DNA of 57,874 nucleotides, counting the filler, from Jimgerdemannia flammicorona (taxonomy: Eukaryota), in assembly GCA_003990765.1 (NCBI GenBank). It is 2 parts of 2 records of this genome, joined end to end, with 100 filler letters (N's around TTAATTAATTAA, not from the genome) between each part and the next. Parts side by side here need not be neighbours in the genome. Positions count along the whole stretch, not along the records: positions 1 to 28,891 come from RBNJ01000536.1; 1 more part is not named here. The stretch is one strand, 5' to 3'. Below the pieces are notes generated by a model. The model was not told the DNA's origin, searched no databases, and worked only from the letters and a program-made list of their open reading frames with translations. A program made the translations under genes and the position numbers. Positions 13,169 to 26,315 of the stretch are shown in pieces. Every line of letters begins with the position of its first letter. Position 1 is the stretch's first letter.

Positions 13169-13179
13169 CACGTGATTGG
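13169..13179. promoter_or_regulatory. CACGTG E-box with adjacent CCAAT box upstream of NDUFS5
   Basis: TCACGTGATTGG, 72 bp upstream of the minus-strand ATG at 13097. Confidence 0.5.
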
Positions 13180-14041
13180 TTTTATATTGCCACAGATATA
13201 ATAGGCAGGAAGCCAAAGTTCACAGATTTATATTGAACAACTCGGCATCACCGCCTCAGAATTTGAAGTTGTATTAGCCAACCAAATCTCTTACACCATG
13301 GCAAGGAGCATAGCGAGCTGTCATTCGTCTGTTCTATATCTAACTGAAGCCTACATAATAGCGAGAAAGGCTAGTCCGGTATTCCACTGACGTGGATTGC
13401 AGAGGTATAATCCATGGCGGTGTGCAAGCCAAGTGATGTTACTATCTTCAGCCTGGGGATTGTAGGCATTAACCAACCGCATCCATTTCCATAACGTTTC
13501 TCGTCTCATCAGATGAAGGAATAAAAGAGAATGAGTTTAAACAGAAATACAAGTTATTATTCATCTGCTCTGTAATTATGTGAGGCACGCTTGGGAGTGA
13601 CCCACAAATTCAGGAACAGATGCATTTTGTTTTTGTTTCGAAAGCCTTGTCCATAGGAGATATCCAGCCAGGGTTCATATTGTATCACAAGTATTGATGT
13701 CTTTGTTCAGATGTCATATCAAATCGATACCCATTCTACAGCTTATTGTGTGAGAATTTCAATGAGAATGCTGGATCAGGAAATTGTTTGTAGGAAGTAC
13801 TGTACATTTAGGCCTCCTATCCAGAACACCTCCAAATAATATACTCGCAGTTGCAATTCTACGCATGCCAGTTTACGCAAGTACGCATCACCCATCATTC
13901 ATGCAAATGAAGAGTTTTGCGAACCCGTCCCAATTGTCACCGTAAACTCCAGGCATCAATTTTCCAACCGCGATCACGATTACGCGACACAATCAACGTT
14001 CGTAGAAATCATAACAACATCCTCCTTACATCCCGTCAGAT

Positions 14042-16802
14042 TCACACCGCTACCGCTGTGTTAATGATTCCAAAATCTGGACCTACACAAAAAGAACCAC
14101 CAAAAACGCGTGAGCCTACACAGAAAATCCCAACGCGACGATCCAAACGACAAACCCGACTCCCAACCCACCCTTCCTAATCTTGAGCGCCAGCAGCTCG
14201 AGACACGCCCTGGCGTCCTCAGCGGAATCGTGGCCCTCGGCGCTATCCTGGATAAACTTCTTGAGATAGCGGTGGGCGAGGTTGCGAAGCGAGTGGCGGT
14301 AGGGAAGGCCGCCCGAGTGCGGGTAGAGCTGTAAGGTGGGGTATGAATGTGAGTGTGGGGTAGGGTGACGATGGTGACCGCGGGGAAATGAACGAAGAGG
14401 GACGGGTTACCACTGCGGTGTCGACGACGTTATGATGAACGAGCTATTGGGGCGGATCAAGATTGAGGGTGATTTCATTAACGTGTTTCCATAGATGTCA
14501 GAATGAAATTGTAATATGAAAAAAAAAAACAAAAAACAAAAAACAAAAAAGTAACAACATACCCGCATCACCTTCAAGTCGTTTTCCTACCGAGATAGTA
14601 TAAGGAGGGACAGTCTCGTCAATCCCAAGCATAACAACCAGAATAATCCGCAAAAACCAATTCTCCCACATACCTCCCTTTCAAAAAAATAAAATAAATT
14701 GAAAATCCCTCTTCCAATCTCCAGCACCTACCAAACTCTGTCCGACAATGATAGTTCCCCCATCCACAAACTCAAAAAACTTCTCCATAATGCCCTTGAA
14801 ATCATACTTGGCGTCTCTGAGCGTCACGATCCCACTAAACCTGGTATTGAGGTCAATGACGGCTCCGCCGCGCGGCAGTACCAGCTCGTCCAGCACCGCC
14901 GCGCCGTCTCGCCCGTCCAGCACCGTCAGCCGCGCCAGCTCCAGACCCGCCGTCGTGTAACACTAGGGGAAGTGGGGAGGATAAGACCTAATGACGCGAG
15001 AAAGGAAACGTAATGCAAAGATGTCATACCATCTCGCAGTCCAGTGCGACCAGGTCCCTGACCTGTGCGACGCCCCGCGCGGCGCGGGACGACGCCGGCG
15101 GGGCCTGGACGAAGGGGGCACGGCGCTCGAGTTCGGCGATGGTTTCCTCTGCAATATTATCAAGTAGAGATGGCATTCAGGCCCGGAGTCAGACTGAAGC
15201 GTTCCAGTTGAGGAGGTACAATACATACCTTTAAATACGTGCGGTCCAGACGTGCAGCCCACGTCACCGGGGAGCTTGTCGCAGCAGCTATATGACCGTT
15301 GTTTCTGGCCTGCGGAGCAGAGGCATAAGGATCAGATCAAGGGAAAGAGTCATGTTGGACGCGGCCCAAAAACGATCAATTCCCGCTTCCAAACCATCAC
15401 TCAGCTTATCTAAACCTCACTCTCCCCTCCCCCACATCTCAGCCCGCCACCCCACTTCACTTCATCCTTGACCCCAAAGATATACTCACCATCAACCTTC
15501 ACGACCCTAATCTTCCCATGATGATATACGCACGCAACCAGGTCTCCCTCCCTGAGCACGGCCTTAACCGTATACTCCCTCCCGCACCGATCACATGGTT
15601 TGATCTTCCCTTCATCCTCCTCCGCGCGCTCCACGGTTGCCACATCGGTCACCTGAATCGGATACCCCATCTGTTCCATCTGTGCCACCGTCAGCACGTA
15701 CCGCGCGGCGTTTTGCGCGCGAACGGGGTACGTTGCCGCGTTGCCCAAATCCGGTCCGGTTCCTTCCGCGGGGGAGGCGCCGGGCGGAAGGTACTCGCCG
15801 TCGATACCAATATCGAGGGCGTCGCAGGCCGGTGCGCGCCGCTTCAGCCGCGTGAGCGTGTTCGCCGCTAGGTTTTTGTAGGTCGCCGGGCCACTCGCGG
15901 CATGCACAGCCGACTCTTGCCGCAGCGCGTGAACGGTCGCTAGGGTCAGGTCCGAGGCGAGCGCATGTGGCGTGTAAATGCGAACGAACTCGGCGTGAAA
16001 TTTCGTGGCGATAAGCTGGCGGAGCTTTGCTGGCGAGTGCGAGCGCACATCGGGAGGCACCACGGGAGGGCCTGTTGGGATGAGATTTTGAGGCGGGCGC
16101 GCTGACGAAACCGTGGATTTTTGGGGAGTTCGTGCTGGCGAGGTCGTGGGCTGTCGGTTATGGTGGGGAATAATTCTCGTTCACTTTACAAAAAATTGAA
16201 CCGCGTGAAATAGAATCAAACTCGAATGGATTGGCACCAACCTGTATCCGACCTAGGGATGATGGTGATGATGACGACGACGACGACGAGAGGGGCTGTG
16301 GCTGTTGGAATAGCGTTTCAACGTTTCAGTTGGCCTTGGGAGAAAGGAGACGAGACAAAACATGATTGAAAATAGAGACTCACATGGCTGGCGGCACGCT
16401 GTCCTGCTACAGAAAAAGACGCTGTTGATTGTCCAGCGGGGATGACGGGCGGTGGCCGTCCAGTGGATGTAAGGGGTGCTGTTCAGGTGACAATCCCTTC
16501 AAATGGGGTAGAATGATAAGCTATTTCGAAAAGGTTGTCGTACCTCTCGCGCCCGTAGCCGATGGCGTACTGGGTGTGCCGGAAATACCGGCGGCGGCGG
16601 GGCGGGTCACCCTTGCGGGCGACGTCGGCTTGACGGTCTGTGTGGAACTGTGGAAAGGCAGGTGTTGCGGAGCATAGTTTTCAGTCTTACGCCGTTTTGC
16701 AGGCGGTGGTTGTGGGATGTGGGAGAAGTGGCAGTAGACACGGTTGCAGTCTGGAAGGAATGGACAGGGTTGTTTTGTGAAGTGGCCGAGGGATGCGAAC
16801 AT
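14042..16802 (-). CDS. REX3: DEDDh RNA exonuclease, Rex3/REXO1-like, multi-exon
   Basis: N-terminal CPFLPDCNRVYCHFSH; CDRCGREY...CVYHHGK...SCC; LDCEM|CYTTAGLELARLTV; VGQSL; VVDTAV; SLRNLAHRYLKKFIQ...GHDSAEDARACLEL; last exon GPDFGIINTAVAV*. Inner exon borders are approximate. Confidence 0.85.
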
Positions 16803-16937
16803 GGGGAAGCTGAGGGGTGGCGGGTTGTGTCAGAAGAAGTTAAATGTCACAGATGCCTCACGTGTTTGCCTATTTGTGGCGTCGTGTGGCTGGTCGCGAC
16901 ACCTACTCTACTCACCCCTTACCCCTACTCCCGCAAA
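16803..16937. promoter_or_regulatory. Compact divergent intergenic region containing CACGTG (16859-16864)
   Basis: Only 135 bp separate the head-to-head ATGs at 16802 (-) and 16938 (+). Confidence 0.6.
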
Positions 16938-19900
16938 ATGTCCGCCCACTTGCGCATCCTCTCCGCCCGTCTACCGAGACCCCTATTTCTCCCCAGGACA
17001 CTCTGCATCTCCAGCCCACTCTGCCTCTCCAGCCCACTCTGCATCTCCACCCCACTCATCTCCACCCCACTCTGCCCAGCACCACCACGTCACGTCGCTT
17101 GCCTCCGCCACATCCGAAAGTATACCGCAGACACCTCAAAAGACCCCAACGACGCTCCTCGGGCACCTACCAGCACTATAGAGAAGGTTGCCACAAGGGG
17201 CAAGAGGAAGACCATAGAAACTGAAGCCGAAACCTCGGCGCGTGCGGGTCGGAGAAGTCGCCCAACAACACCTCGTCCCCCTTCCCCCCTCCGCAACCTG
17301 CTAAACACGAGCATACCCATCCTCGCCACCCTCGAACAGCGCATCCTTCGTGCCAAAGAGAACTCCACCACCTTCGCAAACATCCCCTACCCGTACAATC
17401 CCCTCTCGCGCGACGAGCTGACCGCTGTCTGTGCTCCGCTCCTCGACCCATCTTTCTCTCTCCCCGACCACCTCCCTGCCCTCTCCTCCCGCATCATTAC
17501 CCTTGTTTCCCCCTTCAAAGGCTCCGACGTCCTCCTCGAGTACCTCGCCACCGCCCTCGCCCACCACACCAACGCCGACTTCCTCAAAATCACAAACGCA
17601 GACCTCTTTCACCGTCTCCCCTCCTACATCTCCGCCACCGCCCACGTCATCGACGCAAACGATCGCCCCAACTTCCCAGTCAACCAGATTCCCTTTCCCC
17701 CCGGTGCTTCGGCCATCGTTTCCGCTTTTCGCCGCCTCGACAGAAATAGCAGCCCCGGCGGGGCGCCTATCCTTATCAATGTGAGCGGGGGCGACGAACC
17801 CGACCCCACCATGTCGGGAGGCGTCCCTTTTCCCTGGCGCCGTGTCTACAACCAGGGCTGGTCGCCGCGCGATGGCGTTTTCCGATCCAACATTCCCATT
17901 GGCTCTCAGCAGCCCTCCGTGAACCAGGGGAAGCAACATCCAGTGACGGTCATGAGCGAAGTCTTTGATGAGTTCCTTCACACGGCCTCCGAAGCCGGTG
18001 ATCGTCCAAAGATCATCTACTATTCTGACCTCATGGAACTCCTCGTCCTCAATGACACCCGCGAGCAGCTTCTCCACTCCCTCGCCGCCCCTCTTCTCTA
18101 CACAAAGCATCCAATCGTTATCATCGCCCCTTCAACAACAACCCTCCCTACCCACCAACTCGCCTCCCCGCGGGCGAACGACAACGCCCGCCTCGGCCCC
18201 GTCATCCGCCTCGCCGCCCCGTTCAGCGAAGACGAAGACGACCAGGACGACGAGTCAGATCCGCCCGGCCAGGACGGGTCCGGGCTTCTCGATGCCGCGA
18301 AGCTCTCGTACACACACTCCCCGGCAACGGGTTACGTCGGCGTACCCGTCATTAGTTTCCTCCCGCCGCAAACACCGTCCGCCCGTCACGCACTGCAACC
18401 ACTCCTGAACCGCGACCGTCGTCGTGTCGTCGCGGAGACCAACCTGCGCGAGATCCAAGCCGTGTGTGAGGCGAGTGGCGTCACTTTTGCGTCCGAAAAT
18501 GGCGGCAGCATCGGGTCCATCCTCGACGATCGATCCCTGACTCGGTACGATCGCATTGAGGCGCTCGTCGCTGGGACGTCGGCGAAGCTCCTTGAGGACC
18601 GCACACTCACTCCGCTTGAGGTCGAGAGGGTCATTGTTGTCGCGGCGGCGGCGACGAGGCGGAGAGGGGAGGGGGAGGTGAAGGTAGAACCCAACCTGAA
18701 GGCGAAGGCGAAAGTGAAGGCGAAAGCGGACGAGAACGGAAACGGCGCGCCGGAACCGAGGTGGGAGGTTAGCATGGTGGACTTGGCGAGGGCATGTGAG
18801 ATCGTGATCGGGAGCGCGGCAGCCAGGGCGGTCGCGCAGACGAATGCCACGGCTGTGCCCGGCGGAACTGGGGATGGGATGGAAGCAAGTGCACCGCCGC
18901 AGAGGTTGTCGGGCAGGGAACAGAAAATGATGAAGCAGTGCTTGGTGGGGGCGCGTGAGTAGTCGGGTTTGGGCGTGAGGTGAGATGTGTCTGCTGGAGG
19001 AGACCGTATGCTTGTCGGACTGCTGATGATGATGCGTGCGATTCCTCGTTGCGCGCTTGCTTATGAATCAATCTCTTCGCTCCACAGGGCTTGCGACTCG
19101 TTTTGCTGATATCGGTAAGCCGTAAACTAGTTTCATTTTAGTTCACTGGTCAATTCGTCATCACAACAACGATCTCACAAACCCCCTTCTTCCAATGCCC
19201 ACCTCGCGACACGTCAGGCGGCATGGACAAAACGAAACAGACCATAAGCGAGCTCATCTCGCTCCCGTTGCAGCGCCCGGACTTGTTTCGGACGGGCGTG
19301 CTGAGGCAAAGCACGACGGTGAGTCATGGGGGACATGGGAACCAAGGCTTATGTACGGATTAATTTAACGTCCCCACCATCGACAACAACAGGGCCTGCT
19401 ACTGTTTGGCCCACCCGGCACTGGTAAGCCATAGTCTGCCATCATCGAGATATTTTTGCAGACCGCACGTGTCCTAACGGCATCGGGACGGCCGCCCACT
19501 ATTCTACCTAGGCAAGACCATGCTGGCCAAGGCCATCGCCGTTGAGAGCGGATCCAACTTCCTGTCGGTCAACGTGTCGCAGCTGCAGAGCAAGTGGGTG
19601 GGGGAGAGCGAGAAGAATGTTAAGGTATAGTCTGGAGGAGAGTGGACGGGGGAAGGGGGAATCGGGAAGAAATTTGTTTGCTTGGTTGTTGATGTCTGTG
19701 GAATGCCTCGCTTCTGACGCGCGCTCTCCATCCGCACCCCCGCATGTAGGCACTCTTCACACTATCGCGTAAAATTCGACCGTGCGTAATATTCGTGGAC
19801 GAGGTTAGTGGGTCGTTCCGATCATTTTGAAGCGTAGGGTCGGGAGATTGGAGGGGTTCGGGTTCCTGAAAAGGAACAAATAAATCATATTGACTCTTGG

Positions 19901-20825
19901 CATCCAGATCGATGCCCTCCTCCGCGGCCGCGGGCTGGCGATGCCATACTGGGCCGTCGGGCAGGTGGATGAGTTCATGCAGGAATGGGACGGGATCAAC
20001 AGCGAAGAGAATAAGGGTGTGATTGGTATGTGTGGTGTATTTGAGGGGGGTGGGAAGGGGGAGGCCCGGGAATTGGATGTGCTTGCTTTTGGTGCGCGCA
20101 CGAATGCGGTCACGGAGACTCTATTGATATCGTGCCGTCTCCACCAGTGATCGGCGCGACCAACCGGCCCTTCGACCTCGACGAGGCAGTTCTAAGGCGA
20201 ATGCCCAGGCGGATATTGGGTGAGCGTGCTTGAGAGCACTTCACTTGTCTTTCTTCCGCTTGATTCGCTGTGGCCAAAGTATCGTTTTTGCTCCTTGGCT
20301 TGTCGGCCTGTCGAGCTGATCATTGATCCTCAACCCTCCACCCTCAACCCCTGTCGCCATGCGTATATACCGCACGCGATCCCATGACCCAGTCGACCTC
20401 CCGGACAAACAGACCCGCCTCGAAATACTACGTATCGCCCTACGTGGTGAGCACCTTGCGCCCGAGCTGGAGGAATCCGGGCTGCACGAGATCGCCGCAA
20501 AGACAGACATGTACTCGGGGAGCGATATCAAGAACCTGGCCATCGCCGCTGGTGAGTGCGTGCCACGTGGTCTTTTTCCTTTTCTCCAGTCTCCTCTTCC
20601 GCATTGACACCCTTCTCCCATGCACCCCCAGCCTACAATGCGATCCGCGAGCAGGACCGGGGGCCTGGCAGTCCCGTGCGCGTGCTTGGGATGTCCCACT
20701 TCCAAACGGCCATGAAAGAGGTGCGCGCATCGCTGGCGAACGAGATGGGGATCGTAAAGCAACTTAGGGACTGGGACCGTGTGTTCGGGACCAGGGAGGA
20801 GGTACAAGGATTCGGGTTCATGTGA
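16938..20825 (+). CDS. AAA+ ATPase, Msp1/ATAD1-related with long N-terminal region, probably mitochondrial; about 10 exons
   Basis: Exon 1 is 16938-18954. Spliced motifs: [24 protein letters not shown] (Walker A), [24 protein letters not shown] (Walker B), [38 protein letters not shown]. Confidence 0.9.
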
Positions 20826-21239
20826 AGTCAGCTGACGATGCTGTAAGGGTTGGTTGAACTCTTTTTGGGGCCTTGTTACTTCTTGGTGGGATTTGTTATG
20901 TCTGGTTGAGGATTAAGAGAGAATGCCTCCCCACCTGATTTTAGGGTTTGATGAAAAATAGCGTGAAAAGTTGATCGTTCAGCGATTTTCAGTTAGAGGT
21001 TTTGTGAATCAGGACATTGTAACATAATATACTCGCAATGAACTAGAGCACGATGGGCATTAAGTACTGCATAAACCAAGTTTTTTTTTTTTTTTTTAGA
21101 TCGCTCTACAAACAAAAACATCTCGAGTGGGTTATGATGTCGAAATTCTATATTTGTAGGCACGATACGATAATGCGTCATCTGGCAAGGGTTTTGAGTT
21201 TACAACCCTTGCAGCCAGATGCACGCGTGCCGGTCATTA

Positions 21240-22600
21240 ATTATTCGACCTCGGCGTCTTCTGGTTCAGCTGCTAGGCCGAATAGCAGTAGTTCATCGTG
21301 ATGCTACCGCGAAGAACTTTAGAGGCCGTCGAGGTATCGTACTGCGGGAGTGCGATGGAGAGAATACTCATTTCCAGTAATGCTGCCCTCGAGGGCAGTC
21401 GGATGGTAGATATTTGAAGCTTTGGACTGTCAGCGACACCCCCACATTCATTGCATTGAAGCGGCCCGGCATGGCAAATCTGACTAGCGCCATAGTATCC
21501 TGCAGACCCGCTGCCGCAAACAGTTGCAGGGCCTTGTGGTGATCAAATCGCCTTGTAGCCCAGCCGTTCCAGTGGTATCAGCGCAATCGTACCATTGCAT
21601 AACTACTACTAACCAATTGCCTGGGTGCTGAACACCTTAATCTTAGTTGCCAGCTTCACATCGCTGTCGAGGTGGTTCTAGAACACCGTTACCAAGTTTA
21701 GGACAGGGTCTTTCTCGTGTCATTCACAGTGTGACCAATAGTTGCATTCCGGCAACTTCTAAATGCCATATGTCAAAGCCGTCGTCGCCTTTGCATCAAC
21801 ATGCACTATTCCCGAGTTGGTCGATGATCTCGCCATTTTGGCAGCGCGGGCGGGCGTGCGCAAACGTGGCTTGAAGAGTGATGCTACATTGTAGATGATA
21901 TATTTGCGCTCACCAACTTTCCGGCTCATGGTTAGACGGATGTCGACGAGATTAAAGCTTATTTTTAAAGGAGATGTGGCTGTCAGTATTTTCGTAGGTA
22001 TTCTTTGATACGACTGATAGATATTAACAGTAAACCTACAAGTCGAGAAGAACCTTCTCGTATATAGCCGGAACGATTCATCTTCGACATTTGGGCTCTG
22101 GGAAAGTACAATCGGTCACATTCTTCTGCAGCAGGCGCGAAATATGTTAATGTGGGTTTTGTATATGTTAGGAGAAATCGTCAGTGGCAGATGCAATTGT
22201 GGGTATTGTATATGCTAGGAGAAATTCCAGAGATATCCTTACTTGGAGAGCATTGTCAATGTACTTTTCGAGTGTGGATGTCCAAACGACAGGATTGTTA
22301 TCACGCACCGAGGCTATCTCCATGGCAAGCTCCTCGCCTACCTCTGCTGATATCTGCGCGGTCGTCATACAAAAAGAGCAGATTATATTGGCATTGCTGG
22401 AAAATCTGTCAAACAGAAGATGGAATGTATGAGCTCAGACACTGCACAAACAACTTTTTATCATACAGTACATGACAAGTAGAATAACGGAGAGTTACAT
22501 TTGAATTTCTTCATTCTCTAATGGCCGCTTGTTGGTGTTGTCAATAACGTCAAGGATGCAGCGGAGTTCTAAGAATTTTCTACAAGATCGTGTAAAATAA
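21240..22600 (-). pseudogene. Disrupted gene of an uncharacterised fungal family (possibly Crinkler-type nuclease-like C-terminal domain)
   Basis: Protein-like pieces in shifting frames: WTSTLEKYIDNAL, GDDGFDIWHLEVAG, HTVNDTRKTL, NHLDSDVKLATKIKVFSTQAIG. Stops and frameshifts are present. The family assignment is from recollection, not a search. Confidence 0.5.
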
Positions 22601-23541
22601 ACTTATATTCTTCGAGACCGTCCTTCAATATATATGTGATTCAACAAGCAGACTGTTAACCCTTAAGGCAAAAGGAAGTGGTATATGGCGATGCATAAAG
22701 TAAATGCATACCTCTATTTCCGTTCAGCCGACACCTGCTGGAGCGTTTCTTCAATGTCACGAACTAAAAAGGAGGTTTCTTCGGTTAGCTATATCAGCTC
22801 GTTGCTGAGCAAGTGAAAGGTATTAGTGTTAATTTATAGGGACAAGCCAACCAAACAGAGTAATTGTCTCACATTTTTATGGCCGAAAACAAGCCCTTTC
22901 GGTGACTTCGTCAAGATTGCTATGCGCCTTCACGACAGGCTTAACTGACTTTACATCTTCCTTAGCAATAATGAGAATATATGGGTGGTGAGTTTTATAA
23001 TTTAAACATAGGAATGACGAAACACGTTGGTCATCCATATAGTCCTATTCTTCATATATTTAGATTATTTTTGCAGGCAAATTTGCCTGCGGAACAACAA
23101 AAACTACTCCTCCAGCACCATGCATAGGGTCAAATCGGCAACGTACATCCGAAATAGTCGTTCATTGGACTACGTCACACCAGTAATGATGACATCACTT
23201 TCCCCTTGTGTGAAGTGGATGCTGGCTGAATATAGAGGCCGATGCAAGAGTCATACAATCTTCCTCTTTTCTACTTGCCAAGGAGTCCGTGTCCTTTGGT
23301 TGATATCTCGTATCCTTTCAGATCCATCCATCGATGTACATGTAACATCGATCCATCCCTTTTTGCGAATTGTTTGTGTGGATGCATATCACTTTGGGGG
23401 GTGGCCGAACACCATTCGTCATGCTTGGCCCAATGGAGTGCGTGACGCCAACCTTCACGATTTCGTCATTATCCTTAACCCCTGCCTTGCCTCACCTCAC
23501 CTATTTCCTGCGACTTCAACAAATTCCGCGTCCACCAGACA

Positions 23542-24867
23542 ATGAAGCACAATAATCAGTTGCCAAACCAGCACTTCCGCAAGGATTGGCAGTTGCGCGT
23601 CAAGACGTGGTTCGACCAGCCCGGCCGCAAGAAGTCACGCCGTATTGCACGCATCCAGAAGGCCTCCCTCGTCCTGCCCCGTCCCGTCGACGGCCACTTG
23701 CGCCCTGCCGTCAGGTGTCCCACCATCAAGTATAATACCAAGCTGAGGCACGGTCGTGGATTCACTCTTGAGGAGCTTAAGGTACATTGTTGGGGACGGC
23801 TTGGTGGTGGAATGTGAAAGCGGGACCAAAGGAGAGGTGGAAAGGCGGCTTGAAGTTGCAGCGTGGAGGGACGGAGCGTTCGGCGAATAGGAGCTTAGAG
23901 GTGAAGGGAATCGTTCATTGGTGGTATACCTCTGGAAGACTGGGACGACGGCTGTGTACAATATCGTGCTGTGCATGATGTGGCTTGCTGAAGGCCTTCC
24001 CAGATATTTCGTATTTTTGCTGTTCGACAGGAGGGAGGGAGGGAGAAGGAGGAGGAGGATGTCAAATAATTTCTGCGAGGAAATGTTGGCGAATTCGCTG
24101 GTACTCCCCTAGTTAGGTTGTAGCCACCTCTGTAAGGTTGGCACGTAGACTGACCCTCCCGGACAATTTTCCGCCTCATTTTCTAGGAAAGTGGTATTCG
24201 CCGCAAGGAGGCTCTCTCCATCGGCATTGCCGTCGACCATCGCCGCCGCAATAACTCCGTCGAGTCCCTTCAGCTTAATGTTCAGCGCCTGAAGACCTAC
24301 AAGAGCAAACTCATTGTCTTCCCCCGCAGGACTGGCAGGCCCAGGGAGGGTGACGGAGATGTGAGCGACGTTTTTCTCTTTTACAATTTCGCCCTTATGT
24401 GATGGTAGAAGCATCAAATGTGGCGAATCGAAGATTCGCAAAATCTCAGTCTGCGTATTTGGCTTTTCCCCTAATCTTACCTTGGAACCCATATTTAGGC
24501 TGCTGATCTTGCCACCGCCGTCCAGTTCCACGGCAAAATCGTTCCCATCGAGCAGCCCGCTCAGGACGTCGAGGCCCGCGCCATTACTGCCAAGGACAAA
24601 TCTGTCAATGCCTACGCCCAGCTCCGCAAGGCCCGCTCCGACTTCCGTCTCCGTGGCGTCCGTGAGAAGCGTGCGAAGGATAAGGCTGAGGAGGAGGCTA
24701 ACAAGGTTCGTGGAATTTTTCAATGGGTTTGCGGATTTGAGGTAGCATGCACGGCAGACTACTAACGCAATCTGTCTCCGTTTCTCAACTCTAATTTTTT
24801 ATCATCCGGCCGTGTTGCATGAAACCCCCTCTCGTCAATCTCCTTTCGCGATCAACAGAAGAAGTAA
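23542..24867 (+). CDS. RPL13: 60S ribosomal protein L13 (eL13), 4 exons (23542-23781, 24187-24360, 24499-24705, 24859-24867)
   Basis: [30 protein letters not shown]...[57 protein letters not shown]...EEEANK|KK*. Confidence 0.97.
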
Positions 24868-25110
24868 ATATCTCCAAAATAAAAGTTGCTTTCGGATTGG
24901 ATATCAACGACCACTCCTCCCTCTCGTTTGTGTTGTGCCCTTCGGTTGTGGGATAGACGGCTCCAATAAATTGTTCCGTTAAAGTGATTGGGCGGGTGTG
25001 ACTGTGTATGGAATTTAGTGACGGGTTGATGCCAAGCCTCTCTCTCTTCCACCTCCGTACTGACTGACCACTGACTGACTGACCGACCGGCCGACAAAGA
25101 CACCGAAAAC

Positions 25111-26315
25111 ATGATATTGCCACCGAGCTCGTATCCTCTGGCCGGCGCTGTCTACTTCGTAGCGCACCCGCAGGTATGATACTCGGTAGATCCATAACCA
25201 ATTGCCTCTCATCAGTTGCACTCCACTGGCCCACACAACTTAACACCCTCCACTCTCCTCCTCTCCACACAACAATCGCCAGCTATGGTGCACAACCCTT
25301 TGCCCTTTTTTCCTCACTCTAGTCACGGGTATCACCTCCCTGATCCTCTTTCTCGTCTTCGCCCTGCCCGCCCAGGCCCATGCTCTTATCGGCGCCCACT
25401 GCCCCGCCTGGCTCGCCTGGATCGTCGCCGTCATCTTCTCCCTGCTGGAATCCGTCATATTTTCCCTTATTATTTTCGCCATCCTCCTGCCCATCTTCCA
25501 GGATGCCCTGTTTGATGCTACACTTAAGGCAAGGGGGTTGCACCGCGTGTTTGAAAACCGAAAGAGGCCAAATGATTTCATACTATGCTGTAGGGGTACC
25601 AGTGCGGGATTGTTTTTTGTGTGGTTTTTGATGCTGGCGCAGGTATGTTGGAGTTGGAATTGAAATTTTATCTCCCGAATAGGCGAAATGGAAGATGTGG
25701 ATTTGCTGATGAACTCAATTCACCTTGTATCAAAATCGCCATCTAGATTCTCGCCCTCATCATCACCGCCCCCCTTCATCTTCTCCCTGTTATCGGCACC
25801 GTCATCAGCTGTTACATCATTGGCTGGGTCGCAACGGTAAGGCATCCCCTCTTCCTCTTCTAAGGGCTTTTCAGATTCCTCCATTTTCCCATCTCATCTT
25901 TGCCTCCTCCAACCGCAATCACTAGTGGGGCGCCATGATCCACTACGACCTCGAGTTCCGCTCTTTCACAGTCAGCCAGTCGCGCCGCTACGCCTGGGAG
26001 CATCGCAGCGCCTACATGGCCTTCGGCGGCGTGGCTCTCGCGCTTGAACTGATCCCTCTCGCCGGCCTGATTTTCATGTGGACCAACGTTGTCGGGGCTG
26101 CCCTGTGGGTCGCCGACCAGATCGAGGACGAGGAGCGCAGGCGCGGCACTTCCGCCGTCCTGGGATCGCCACGCAGAGGCGAGCAGAGGCAGCCCCTGAT
26201 CGGAGCTTACCAGTATAGCGTCGGCGTCGCGCGGCAGCCCGGACCTCAACAGCAGGCGGTGTTGGCGAGTGGGAAGGGGTATGGATCGACGGAGGGGGTG
26301 GCGGTGTACGTGTGA
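25111..26315 (+). CDS. Multi-pass membrane protein, EI24/Rrt8(Lds)-like, 4 exons (approx. 25111-25173, 25283-25642, 25747-25836, 25926-26315)
   Basis: YPLAGAVYFVAHPQLW, FQDALFDATL, PLHLLPVIG, YMAFGGVALALELIPLAGLIFMWTNVVGAALW. Hydrophobic segments; GT-AG introns keep the frame. Confidence 0.8.

Noticed and set aside
16650..16937. N-terminal extension of the 770-aa ORF in the ORF track
   Set aside because: It starts at a non-ATG codon and overlaps the first exon of the opposite-strand exonuclease. ATG 16938 gives a plausible presequence.
23027..23545. 172-aa ORF upstream of RPL13
   Set aside because: Non-ATG start, no recognisable motif, and it spans the RPL13 promoter.
23960..24155. Intronic C/D box snoRNA in RPL13 intron 1
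   Set aside because: Only an imperfect C box (ATGATG) and scattered CTGA. No terminal stem or rRNA guide could be identified by eye.
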